Source: the human T2T-CHM13v2.0 reference genome, Homo sapiens. From it: a stretch of DNA of 64,000 nt. The translations under genes and the position numbers were made by a program. The notes beneath the pieces were generated by a model. That model searched no databases. It was not told the DNA's origin and worked only from the letters and a program-made list of their open reading frames with translations. The DNA lies in NCBI RefSeq assembly GCF_009914755.1, contig NC_060938.1, one strand, 5' to 3'. Below, piece by piece: positions 47,254 to 60,677 of the stretch; position 1 is the first letter of the stretch, and each line of letters begins with the position of its first letter.

Positions 47254-47719
47254 TCCAAACACAAAGCAGATACATTTTTAAAAACATAAAACAACAGCAA
47301 AAACGTCAAACCATCTTTTAGAACACTGCTACTTCCAACTTGCACAAAAGGAAGGGGAGGAAAACGTCAATGCAACTTTAAAATATAGCACTAAGAAGAA
47401 ACTCCGGGGTCCTGGTGTTCCTCCCTGGATGGCGGGGAAGGCTCCATTAGCTTTGGACTTGATATGAACCGAGATAACACACACATGTTCCGAGACAGTC
47501 GTTTGGCTCCAATACTGCTTGCCTTCCCAGAAAGCTTAATTTATTGCAAATGCATGTTTTACCATCACAAATAATATGACAAGAGTAGATATGGTCCCTC
47601 TGCGTATTGTTTACATAATAGAATATTTAAAACAATGGAATGTGTTTGTCTTTGACATCAAAAATCATTTATGCAGCATCTACATGCACATATACACACA
47701 CAAGTGTGAACGCATACAC

Positions 47720-47760
47720 AAACACACACACACAGACACACACACACACACACACACACC
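47720..47760 (+). repeat. (CA)n microsatellite
   Basis: Interrupted CA run. Confidence 0.9.
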
Positions 47761-50700
47761 CCATGCCATTGCTTGGTCCACACTGCATGAAACACACCAT
47801 TCCAGCTACATGAACAGGTCAGTATCAGGTTAGTGTAACCAGGTCTCCAGGTACAAAGGATGAAGTGGGTTTGCTCACATAGACTTAGCTTAGGGTAGAG
47901 TGAACTTGTTTATGAGAACCTCGTTTATGCAGAGGTTGGACTCAAGGCGATCGCAGCACTCAATCTGGTGTGATCATCAGCGTCATCTGGGAGCAGCTTC
48001 AAAAACATTCTCAGCATCACCCCAGACATCCTTGTTCACAATCTCAGGGGTGGAGGTCATGAGCAGGCCAAACTCACTCTACCCGACCTGCTGCCTCCAG
48101 GATGGGTTCTGAGGAGACATGGGGCCCTCCCATGGGACGGATGACAAATGAAACGAAAAAATCCATCTGGGTGGGGGGCTTTGGAATGAGGGCTCTGGTC
48201 TTTCGGACTTGAAATGGAGGGAAAACGTAATCGTTCCTCCAAAGCTGGTATTGGAAACTTGCCATTTTCCCAACACACACACACAGAAAGAGAGAGAGAA
48301 AGGAGAAAATTTAGGACCCACAGAATTAAGCCCTCTTTCAAAGCAGGTTATCTGCTATCCTGAGAAAAAGAGGGCATCGTGTCTAAACCAGCCCAAGGAA
48401 ATTCCCAGATGACACAGATCTAAGGGGTCATCTGACCTTCCCTTCTTTATGGAGAATGCCAGGGAGAGGCATAAAAACTCTGGACTTTGGGTAAAACGTC
48501 CTGAGCCCGATGTGGTCTCCCTGGCTTCTGAGAGACCACAGGCTGGTGTCTGTTGTGCTGAAGCCCAGAGCTGGAAGCCAGGGCTGCCCAGTTGTGCTTC
48601 TGCATGGAGATGTGTGTAGTACTCACACATGCTATGCTCACATACGCGTGCATCCCTCCCACCCTGCCCACCCCTTCACATGCACACACAGCTTCCTCTG
48701 TCCGCTTCCTCCTCCCCAGTAAAACTTCTGGAACATGCACAAGCGACTGCCTCCTTGTTTCTCCCATGAGAGGAATTGGAACTGCTCAGCAGGCAGAGAC
48801 CGCGCAAAGCCAACTCTGTCCTCTGCCTGCCCCCGCAAGGGCTGGCCTGTCCGTGCTTTTCCAGTGGGAAGGTAGACAGACAGTGGGTACCTGCTCCCGT
48901 CCCCTGGGACCTCATCCTGGTGTTGCCAGCTCCCTTCAGCGGTGGGAGTCAACGGACTTCCCCGCAGGAGTGGGCACAGGAGGAAAGCAGCATGCTGCCC
49001 CTGCTTTGGAATGTTGCCCTCCAGCTAACTCACCAGCTGCCAGAGTGGCAGCAGCCCGCGGCCTGCAAAGGAAAGGAAAGCAACTGAGGCCCAGGGAACA
49101 TTCCATAGAGTGGAGCACTGGGCTCGGAGCCAGTCATGCCTGGGTACAAGTCCCAAATTTACCACTCCCCGCCTAGCTGGCTGCTCTGAGGCAGGCTGCT
49201 GACCCTCTCCACACTCTGGTTTCTGATCATGACTCCATAGCACAGGCTTTTTGAAAGTGTCATGACCATATTGCAGGCGCTCGGGGTATGTTTTCTTCCC
49301 TCCCTTTCTCATCAGAACAGGAAGAGGGACTGTAGGACTTTGTCCCTCATCTCCACAGAGGTGCTGGGGATGGGCTGGCCTGGTGTTCCTGGTTGCTGAG
49401 CTCAGAAGCAAGCGTTTCAGAAAGGAAGCCCAGGATCCTCGGGGGAAACCGAGGTCCCTCCTTATGATTGCTGTCTCTCGGCTGGACAAGGTGGTTGGGT
49501 TGGGGATGATGTTACCATGACAACCGGAGAGCAGGTGCTGGGAGATGCTGAGTCCTGCTGACTGTGCTTTAAGGCCCTGAACATCCTGCTGAACCATTTG
49601 CTTTTAGACCACGAGCCTGTGTTTTAATGTTCTTTTAGAAACAAATTCCTCCTTGTTCTTACTTTGAAAAACAGAAGTCGTTTCTCTCATACACAGAAGC
49701 TAAGGGAGAAACGACAGCTGGTTTTAAGTCCTCTTTGACTCTGGGCCTCTGCTGAAGCAGCCTGCAGGCACTGGCAATTGGGTGATGAGGGCCACCTGTG
49801 GGGTGCCCCCACCCACTTTCCTTTTCAAAGCCTCAATTGTCTGCTACAAAACAAAGAGCTGGCCTGGAAAGGCTCAGAGATCCTCATTTTCCAAGATTTG
49901 CACCCAGGAGCTCCTCAAGCTCAAGAAGAAATGAAAGCAAATATGCATTGCCTGGGCTGAATCCAAACACAAAGAAAGTGTTCAAAAGCTTAGCCCTGGG
50001 TGCTCACCGCCAGGACAAAGACGGGAGGGGCTGTTCCTGCACAAAAACTCTGGCAAGCTGGGCAGATCTATTTGTCGGTTCCCAAGACTTGCAGGAAGAA
50101 TGTCTACAATGCCTTTGGGTAGACCTGAAGGACTCAGGGTCCCCTGAGAGGAGGTGGCAGGCCGTGGTGGCAGGTCACTCTCACACTGCAAGGATGATGC
50201 CTTCGAGTTCCACACAAGGAGCATACAGCCAAGGCATGGAGGGTCAGGACAAACTCTGGTTTTCTCCTCCAATTGTAGCAGAGACAGCGAAGTGCCACTC
50301 CAAGCCACCCTACCCTTCATTCTTACTAGAAGAGCCCCCATCTTTTTGGGGCACATGTTCCCAGACTCCTTGCAGATGTGGGGGAAAACATGTGACACAG
50401 TCCTGGCCAATGAGATGAGAACGGAAGTGGCTGGTGGAGCTTCTGGGAAAGCTGCTAATGAGGAGGGCAGATTCGTCTAGTTCACTCCCCTTCTTCCTAC
50501 CTGGAACCCAGATGAAAAATTGGAGGTACAGCAAGCATCCTGGGCCATGAAGTGACTGTGATATAAAGGAAGGACAGTTGCAAAGCCTTGGCTCTGACAT
50601 CCATAACCTGAGGAGACGATGCCAGCAACCGCCTATATCTAGACTTCTCAGGAGGAGAGAAAAGTAAAGTCTCTGACTGGTTTAAGCCAAAGTTGGTCGG

Positions 50701-53700
50701 GGGAGGAGGGATTCTGTTACTCGTGGCTGAATCTAGGGATTTCTCTTCCAGATGCGAGCCCACGCGCACAATCCTAGGATACCTAATATTTCAGGGAGCA
50801 CTGAACGCTCCAGGGCTGACTTCCCTCCTTACCAATAGGTGGGGGGAGGTGGTAAGGAACTGGACCAATGTCACACAGCCCATCAGCAGCAGAGTTCCAA
50901 CTCAACCCTGTCTAGTGCTGAGCAGTATCATGCTGTCATCCAGTGGGTGCAGAGACCGACCCCCACTCCTGGAACTAACTCCCTGAGCTCACTGGCCAAA
51001 CAAGAACTGCTGAGGTCTCAGAGTCCTAACCTGTAAAATGGGTACAAAGTTGGAACAAGACAGTCTATGGAAGCCCTCCAACTCTGACAGCCTGAAGAAT
51101 CCAGGTATCCTCCTTCAACAGAGAACTTAGCATTTCCTAATCCATTTTGCCTCCCCTAAAAGTCCTACTTGGCAGTTCATCCCATTGTCTGCTTTCTGGG
51201 GCTAGTTTGTCTCACCCAATTACTAGATGAAGGAAAAATGATTTTTTGATTGGGAACATCCTAATTTTAACATAAATTCAAAAAAAAAAAAAGAAAAAAG
51301 AAAAGGAGACCAGAATTGAGAGCTTTCTGAGAGGGCTGGTACAGGTGTAAGGATGTCAAACAGGTTTTGCTCACATAAGAAAATGATTGATTGGCAGTAG
51401 CTTGGAGTAGTTTTGAGGACTGTGAGGTCCATTGGGTCAGAGAGTGGGGAGTGGGAAAGGTTGGTGATCAACTATTTTGATGTCTGTCTTGGAAGCAGCA
51501 AGGGCTGTAGTTGCCCACACCTCCCTCCAATGCTGACCTAGACTGGTGACAATGAGATTGGGGTGAGAATTAGCTGAGTCCCCATGAGAGAGGGAATTAG
51601 GGCAGGATCCCGCTGGGCTATGGACACCGAGGCTTCCTGGCAATCACTGCAGACACCGGTGAAAAACACTCTGATCACAGAATCCAAAGGAAGCCGCTGG
51701 CATCATAGGGTGACAGCCACAGGCACAGCCTCCCTGGGGGGTCCCTCAGCTCCTCTCCTCTGGGGAGAAATCCTAGGCAGGGGGCAGGAAAGGGCAAGAG
51801 ATTATCCTTGAGCATGGACACGCCAACCCAGATGATCCCCAGCGGGGAAAAGTGGGCTTCTCAGTTTGGCATTTCCAACCACACATTTTTACCAGGAAGA
51901 CAGACTAATAATTGGGCTAGTAATGGACACGACAATCAACATCCACAGCCTTAGCCTTAAGCCTCCCCTTGAAGCCTCCAGGAGCCTCCCAAGCTGTGTT
52001 GTTCTGTGACCCAGCACAGCCCAACACCCTTCTGACCTCCTGAGGCTGAGTCAGTCTATTTTCCCCTCCTCTGCCATGCCCAGGTCTTCTCCCTGCCCGG
52101 CCCAGCTGCCCTGGCCTCCTTGACCCACTTCCTCTGCCCGGTATGGTTCATAGTCACAATGGTGGCCTCCAAGAGGCAGCAAGACACTCTCATGCCCTGT
52201 TCCGAGCTCTCCCACTGTCTCCCCTGTGTGGCTCTTCCAGTTTCTGTGACAGTGGGCCTGCCCCCTCTGGAAAGGCAGATGGGCAAAGTCAAGGGCAATG
52301 ACTGCAATCCCGTTGGGCATCTTCAATGGCACAAACCCTTTTCTTCGTCTGCAAGCTCCCTGAGGGCAGGGACTGGGCTTTGCTCACCCCGAATCTCCCA
52401 GCACAAAGCCTGGCACAGGTTGGAGAATGCTTGTTGCATTGGATTAAGATGCAAAGAGGCACAGGGCACTTCTGCCCACCAACCAGGGGAGAGAAAGCCG
52501 CAGACCCCAGACAGCATCCGAATGGCCAGTGGGAAGGCAGGGCCAGTGAGCACCTGGGTTTTATTTTTTTAGAGGCCACAGCTGGCAGGCTCCTGGCCTC
52601 CCCTGAACCCAGTTGCCACAACTTTCCACGATGTCCCTCTTCCCATTTCTCTTTCCTTCTCTCCCTCGGGGACTCCTGCACTAAGCAATCCTCAAGCTGC
52701 TCTCTTCTCCCAACCATCTCCTGGGTTCCCAAACTTTCAGACAGCATGTTTTTCCAGGAAGAATACTGTATGGGGAGCAAAACCAACATAGAGTTGGCAA
52801 CTTTTTATTTTGTCCAATGAGGGCTCCCAAAACACAATAGAAACCATCAAAGAAGACAGAGCCACCTTTACCTATCCCTCATTTCCTAAAGGCCATTGAG
52901 CACCCTTGAAGTAGGAGGGACATAATCCCAGAATGAAGAGCCAGCGTTTGGGCAAAATAAATCCTATGGAAAGAAAAACTCAAGTTGTTCCCTCGTATTG
53001 TTTCACTTGCCTTTGGTCAGTGAAAGCTTTGCCACTAGCGCTTGTCCTCAGAGGAAAGTTGGGAACCATGAAGGCACAGCCTGCCATTCCCATTCTCTTT
53101 TTCTCTCTCTCTATCCCTCCCTCCCTCCCTCCCTTCCTCCTTTTCTCTCTCTTCTCTCTGTCTCTTTTGCTCTCACTCTCTCCTCTCACCCTCAAATTGT
53201 GGTAAAATAAACATAACATAAAATTTAGCATCTTAACCACTTTTAAGCACACAGTTCAGTAAATCAAGCCTGACATCACCTCTGGCCTTTGACTCCCTCT
53301 GGCCCACTTCCCCGTCCGCCCTCTCCAGCCAGACCACCAAAAAGTGCAGTTCCTCAAAGCTTCTGCAAAGCCTCCCAGCTTCCCAGTCAGGCCTGGCTCC
53401 AGTCTAATGGAAGAGATAAGATCCCCTCTTTACTCCCTAACTGTGGGCAGCCCCAGCCTCCCATCCCCTGCAAGGCAGGGCAGGATGATGCCACCGGTCC
53501 CAGTTTGCCAGCTGTAAAATCCATTAGGGAACATCCAGCACAAACCACCCGCCCTCAGGCCTTTTCCTGCCCTCTGCCTGTCATTCTCCTTGGCCCCCAG
53601 GGTGCAGAGGGTCCCCAGCTTCCTTCCCCTGAAGATGCCCGGAGACAAGCATCTTTGGACCCCCGGTCCCTGCAGGGAACTCCAGCCAGCTGCCTGAAGC

Positions 53701-54642
53701 AAACGGGGCCTGAGAGATGGAATTGGGTCAGGTCATCCATGACCCATTTCCTCTGGAAGGGAGTCGGGTGTCAGGAAACACATTTGCCTTTGGGTTTTTA
53801 ATGTAATTCAACAAACCACAGCTGAAGCTCTTATCCTGTGCTGGGCATTGGGGGTGTGGAGTTCTGTCATTCATGACCGAGGACCTCATCATGAGACATT
53901 AGAGGGGCTCATCTTCCAGGTGAGCAATGTGAAGATAATGATAGATGGCCCAAGGGAATGTGCTGCTGGTGGTGACTCATCTCAGAGCTGAGGGCAGTCC
54001 CTCAGGGAAACATTTGGATGCTCCGCTCTGGCCATGTCCCAGGCGAGCTGATGGGCAGAGAGTTCTGCCTGCTTGCCCAGGGAACTCCATTCCCAGAGGC
54101 TACAGAGACTGCAACCTGGTAGAACCAGCCTGAAGCCCCCCTCCAGCCTGGGCTTTGGGGTCCTCATTGCCCCATGTTGTGGGTTTGGACCCACTTCAGC
54201 ATGAGCAAGGGTCTTTATATCTTTAAGCCTCAGGGTTCCATCTCAAACATGGGGGTAAAACAGTATCAAACCCTGGGGGCAGGTGTCGATGTGGGAATTA
54301 CATAAAGCAAGGCTGCAAAGTGCCGCCCAAGGGGCTCAAGCACCCACGAGCACCAAACGAGCACATTCTTTGTCTCCCTTGTCGGTGTTCCCTCTGTCCC
54401 GCCACCACTGGGCACCTCCCAGGGTCTCCTCGCCTCGTCTGCTGTCAGTACCTGCCCATCCCTCCCGCTCCCAGCTTTTCTTTTTAAACACCCTCTGGGT
54501 GCTGCATGTGCCTTTCCACATGCAGAGAACGGGCTAAGAAAGAAAGGGGTGGGAGGGACAGGTAAGCAGGGATAACTAATTCATCAACCGACCCACTGGT
54601 GGTCCTTTCTCCCTCCTCTCCTTCCCTCCTCTCTCTCTCTCT

Positions 54643-54643
<1 letters not shown>

Positions 54644-54691
<48 letters not shown>
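54644..54691 (+). repeat. (CA)n microsatellite preceded by (CT)n
   Basis: About 24 perfect CA units. Confidence 0.95.
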
Positions 54692-54693
<2 letters not shown>

Positions 54694-55453
54694 CACAGCG
54701 CCACCTTTCTCAAGTAGCACCTTAAAGCTCTGCATGGCTGTTAAAGAGGCTGGAAACTAAAGTCATAAGAATAATTGCCTGGCTCTCCTTTAAGCAAAGG
54801 AGATTGCACTTGTGCTTGGAAGCACCAGTAACTGGGCTGTTACGTTATATTACAAGTATATTTATATGAAAATACTGAAAATATCAATTCTTTTTTAAAA
54901 AACAGTTATGCAAACAAACAGACTTGATGGCATCATTATCAAAATTTAAAAAATATAGGTAGATATTCCCACCCCCGCCCGCATGTTCCAGCTTCTCCTT
55001 CCCCAACATGTGGTATATGTGACAGGCTGCATACATGCCCAGTGGCTGTTTTTTTCATGTAGTTGCTGACATGAGCGGATCATACCACAATGAGCAGGGT
55101 ACCACCTGAGGGCCATGGTGGCCAGTTGGGCTCTGGCCTTGCTGCCTCTCACTGTGTGGCCATGGATCAGTTTCTTCCCCATTCTGGGCCTCAGCTTTCT
55201 CACCTGTGACATAGGAAAGTGGACACCTGGCAAGGCCCCCCCCACCCACCCACCCTGCCACTGCTCTGACTTCCAGGACTGGACATCTGGGCTTGGCTGC
55301 CTGGGCTCACTCAGCTGCTGATTTTCCAGTAAGGTGGTCGCCTGCAGAGAACGGCCCTATGGCTTGGTTTCCAGATATCTGGAGAAAAGTGTGCTTTCTC
55401 TTCTTCCATGAAATCACAAATTTCTCTAGATATTTGGAAACCAAGTCACAGGG

Positions 55454-56078
<625 letters not shown>

Positions 56079-57784
56079 GTACGCTTTCTGAGTCAGCCCC
56101 AAGGGCTCTCCTTGGCAGCACGGGTTTCCTGCCGGTGAAATGTCCTAGTTGCCTAGGACCCGGGTCCCCAAGGGCAGAGCTCACAGTGAAAGGCAAAGGG
56201 TCAGTGTGTGTGAGACAGCAATGGTGCTGGGTATCAGGCCCTCTTAGGTCCTCAGTTTCCCCTCTACTTAAAGGGCCTTTCTGGGTCTATAATACCTTAT
56301 GATTCCAAAGCCGGACAGAAGGTCCGAGGAAATCCCCTCGTATTTGTAGTTGAACAGACAAAATCCATTTGTAGAGAGTGGGCATTAAGTACTTTTTTAA
56401 AGGGGAAAATTTAGTGTTGATTTAGGAAAAACATGATCCAGTTGTAGAGCACTTAGGAACCATCCCAGAGTTCCCTGGCAAGGAAGGGATGAGTTTCTGG
56501 CCTCGGGAACTCACATGGAGTCACCGCGGCCCCAGCCCAGGTGGTGCATGGAGCCCAGCTCGCCTACACCTGGCTGGAGAGGGCCTGGTTTTGGGTGGCC
56601 TGGGCCCTAGTCCCATATGGGGATGCACATGAGACCTTCTTGGCCCCATAGACCTGCTGTCTCCAGAGTCTTTTCTGGGAAGCGGAAGGAGAGCCCTTGA
56701 GACAGGCTGAACTCCAAAGCAGATTCTCTCACCTCTGTCCTGGACCCTCGATCCCTGGCCCCTGGCGTGGCAGATGCTTCCCTTCTCACCTGCAGCTCGA
56801 GCTCTCGACGATGAAAACTCAGTCCAGGAGCAACAGAGGAAACACATCTTTCCTGGGCACTGCCAGTGGGTGCTGCCCACCGAGTGTGCCTCACCATTCT
56901 GCATGGAAATCTTAAAAATCAAGCTTGTCTTCTTCCCTTTCTCCCTGAATGAAACACACAGAGCAGGATCTCACCGTTTCATGGGGGCTCGGTGTCATCA
57001 CCAGGGACAGTCCTCATAGGTCTGTGTGATCAGAAGCCGCTGAGAGCTGGGGTTAGGGCTCCGGCATGCAATGCCTCCACACAGCCGTGCTTTCTTAGTT
57101 CGGGGATCTGCTCTCTGCAGCTCTTCTTTTTCTCCCTCGATATCACTCTGTCACTTGTCACTGCTATCATTGAACCTGCCTCTGGTCATTGCCATTTCTA
57201 CTTCTGACACGTGGCAGCTACTCTTTGTGGTTGTTAAAACTAGACAAGCATACTTGTTCTCATTACGCATAAAGCAAGAGTCGCTGGGCACCAAGTGAGG
57301 GTCTATGGCGCTCTTCCACCTTGCAGCTCAAAGGCCTTTCATTACATCTGAATTCTGGGATTCGCTTTGGAGAAGAGGTTGCCATGAAAGTGACATGTTA
57401 TTGTTCTTGCTTTCTAGGGTTGACTGCAGACCAAGTCAACAATACCACAAAATCCCATTGGAGGGAGCCATTGCTAGGAATTTTCCCAACTCCAAATAGA
57501 ACTCGTATATGAAATTATACATACTGAGCATTTACATACAGATCATATAAAAATTCTAGACATTATTCCCTAGTCACATGTAGTACACATTTAGTATAAA
57601 TAGACTAAGACAACACTGTATAAAAAGTAAGTGTCTTCTGGGAACGCTGACACAGCACTGATATGGATGCAGCTCTGCAGTCTTTGCCCTGCCCCTGTTT
57701 CCAGTTTCCCTGGCGAGCATCCTCAGGAGGGGCCCTGGGACTGATGGAGGTTGGAGGAGAAAGTCACCTGTGTGCCCCAGTGGG

Positions 57785-57985
57785 TTAGGTGGGTGGTGGG
57801 CCATTGTAGCGCAGCATGAGCGTGAAGGAGCGGGCGAAGTTGTTGGCCAGGGTGCAGCTGCGGTCCTCTTCCCTGATTGGGAGCAGGAACAGCAGGAGGA
57901 GGAACAGCAGCAGAAGCAGCTGCAGTGGGAGCGCCACACAGCACGCCCTCCGGAAGAGGGAGCCCAGTCCTCGCCACCGCCGAGT
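57785..57985 (-). CDS. SYNE3: Terminal coding exon of nesprin-3: TM helix plus KASH domain (TRRWRGLGSLFRRACCVALPLQLLLLLFLLLLFLLPIREEDRSCTLANNFARSFTLMLRYNGPPPT*)
   Basis: Leu-rich TM segment, luminal KASH peptide with Cys at -23, NNFARSF motif and C-terminal PPPT. TAA stop at 57785-57787. Phase-0 acceptor ttggttccgcAG immediately upstream. Upstream exons lie beyond the window. Confidence 0.96.
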   Translation of the reverse strand, partial: TRRWRGLGSLFRRACCVALPLQLLLLLFLLLLFLLPIREEDRSCTLANNFARSFTLMLRYNGPPPT

Positions 57986-58014
57986 CTGCGGAACCAACAC
58001 AGCACAGGTGAGTG
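57986..58014 (-). promoter_or_regulatory. SYNE3: 3' splice acceptor and branch point of the last SYNE3 intron
   Basis: Minus strand reads CACTCACctgtgctgtgttggttccgcAG|ACT. Branch A is at 58009, 24 nt upstream of the exon. Confidence 0.85.
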
Positions 58015-58565
58015 GGCTGGGGGGCTCTGGTGGTGGGGGGCAGGTTCAGGGGGCGAGGAGGATGCCAGGAGCGGTGGTAGCACTGAACTGACTGTATGAC
58101 AGTACACATCTCCAGGTTCTCATCTGTGAAACGGGGCTAATGTAAGTTTTAACAGAAACAGGGTTTCTGCAGTTTTCCCAAAGCATTCAAGGCATGAAAG
58201 GAAGAATAGAAAACACAGTTGCAGGCTCTGCCATTGTGACATATATCTTTGCCTGGTGTAGCAGAGTGCTGGCTGTGAATCCTAAGGTCACTTGACTTCT
58301 CTGAATCTCTAGTTTCTCATCTTCAGATGGGGCAATAATGGCACCTACATGACAGAATTGTCATGAGGATCCAATGAGGCAGAGCCTGGCACATAGTAAG
58401 TATGTACCAGCTGCTGTCATGATTAGTATGCATCCTTAATATTTCACCATCTAAATCTTCGTCATCACCATCATCACCAGCATCAAATTTATCATCGTCA
58501 CTTTCTTCCTCCTCTTGTCTTTCTTCCCTTTCCTCTTTTTCCTCCCCCTCTTCCTTTTCTTTCTT

Positions 58566-58860
58566 TCTTTTTTTTCCTTTGAGATGGAGTCTCGCTCTGT
58601 CGCCCAGGCTGGAGTTCAGTGGTGTGATCTCAGCTCACTGCACCCTCCACCTCCCAGGTTCAATCAATTATCTCCCTCAGCCTCCCGGGTAGCTGGGATT
58701 ACAGGCACCTGCCACCATGCCCAGCTAATTGTTTTGTATTTTTAGTAGAGATGGGGTTTCACCATGTTGGTCATGCTGGTCTTGAATCCTGACCTCGTGA
58801 TCCACCCTCCTCGGCCTCCCAAAGTGCTGGGATTATAGGTGTGAGCCACCGCGCCTGGCC
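58566..58860 (-). mobile_element. AluS (intronic)
   Basis: Antisense dimer in a CT-rich flank. Confidence 0.9.
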
Positions 58861-59563
58861 CCTCTCTTCTTTTCCTCCCTCTTTCCTTCCCTCTTCTCCC
58901 CCTCTTCCTCCTCCTCCTTTTATTTCATCATCAATTTCATCACCATCACTATTGCCATCAGTATCACATGAAGGTTAGTCTCACAAGTCCAAATGCCTAA
59001 TGGACTTCTCTGCTACAATGTCCCTGAAAGTGGCCAAGAAAACATTTCCTAAGTTCTGGAGGGACTGGCCAGGTTGTGGCTTCATGGATGTCTGACTGCC
59101 AAGGAGTGCAGGGGCAAGAGCTGGTCACTCAGAAGAGTGAGGCCCTCATGGTCAAGATGCTGCAGAGTGCAGGACGAGCCCAGCTTTTAGGATCCTAGCA
59201 GACTGGGTCCCCACCCAGACTCTGTTACTCAACAGCTATGTGACCTTGGGCAAATCAATATTGGATCCTCTGTTATCTGCTCTGCAAAATGGGGATCAAA
59301 CACCTACCCCTATTTGCTGGGCTGTGGTGAGGGCTCAAAGCAAAGGTATATATATACCTTGATAGATAAATGTACCAGTTCTTACTATTAGTACTATTAA
59401 TACTTATTTATAATAATAGTGCTAGCACTATTAGTAACTGTTAGTGACATTCATTACTATTAATATTAGTAATCATAGCACTAGTACTATTATTATAGAA
59501 TATATCTGCTGGCTCCCTGAAGAACCAAGGTTCACCCTCCAGGGCACCAAAAGCCACAGTCCC

Positions 59564-60677
59564 GTGATGATGATAGTGATAGTGACCATGGCGATGGGGG
59601 TGATGGCAATGATGGCAGTGATGCTTGATGATGGTGGTGATGCGATAATGATCATGACGCTAATGGTGGTGGGGTGGGGGTGGGGTGGTGAGAGTAAGGT
59701 GGTGATGATGGTGATAATGATCATGGAAATGGTGATAATGGTGATGATCATGGTGACTGTGATGGTGATGGTAAGTGTGAGTGATAGAGATGATGATGGT
59801 GATGGTGATGATGGTGATGGAGATGATGGTGATGGTGATGATGATGATTGCGATGGTGATGGTGGTGATGGTGAGGGTGATGGTGTTAAGGATGATGGTG
59901 ATGGTGGTGGTGATGGTGATAGTGATGATGATGGTGGAGGTAGAGATGGTGGTGGTGATGGCGAGGGTAATTGTGGTAAGGATGATGGTGATGGTGATGT
60001 GGTGGTGATGGTGGTGGTGATGGTGATAGTAACGACGATGGTGGAGGTAGAGATGGTGGTGGTGGTGATGGCGAGGGTAATTGTGGTAAGGATGATTGTG
60101 ATGGTGATGGTGGTGGTGATGGTGAGGGTGATGGTGGTAAGGACGATGGTGATGGTGGTGATGGTGATAGTGATGATGATGGTGGAGGTAGAGATGGTGG
60201 TGGTGATGGCGAGGGTAATTGTGGTAAGGATGATGGTGATGGTGATGGTGGTGGTGATGGTGATAGTAACGATGATGGTGGAGGTAGAGATGGTGGTGGT
60301 GGTGATGGCGAGGGTAATGGTGGTAAGGATGATTGCGATGGTGATGGTGGTGATGGTGAGGGTGATGGTGGTAAGGATGATGGTGATGGTGGTGATGGTG
60401 ATAGTGATGATGATGGAGGTAGAGATGGTGGTGGTGATGGTGAGGGTGATAGTGGTAAGGATGATGGTGATGGTGATGGTGGTGGTGATGGTGATAGTGA
60501 TGGTGATGGAGGTAGAGATAGTGGTGGTGGTGATGGTGAGGGTAATGGTGGTAAGGATGACGGTGGTGGTGATGGTGGTGGTGGTGATGGTGAGGGCAAT
60601 GGTGTTAAGGATGATGGTGATGGTGGTGGTGATGGTGGTAGTGGTGGTAGTGATGGTGAGGGTGATGATGGTGATGA
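59564..60677 (+). repeat. (GAT/GGT)n trinucleotide-based array with higher-order units
   Basis: Recurrent gatagtgatgatgatggtggaggtagagatggtggtggtgatggcgagggtaattgtggtaaggat blocks. Confidence 0.95.

Noticed and set aside
57986-58000. MLVPQ N-terminus of the 71-aa KASH ORF as a standalone micro-protein
   Set aside because: These codons are the intronic acceptor tract and the start is not ATG; the real exon begins at 57985.
58005-58013. Perfect plus-strand donor CAG|GTGAGT suggesting an antisense exon
   Set aside because: It is the reverse complement of the SYNE3 branch-point CTCAC; no other evidence of an antisense transcript.
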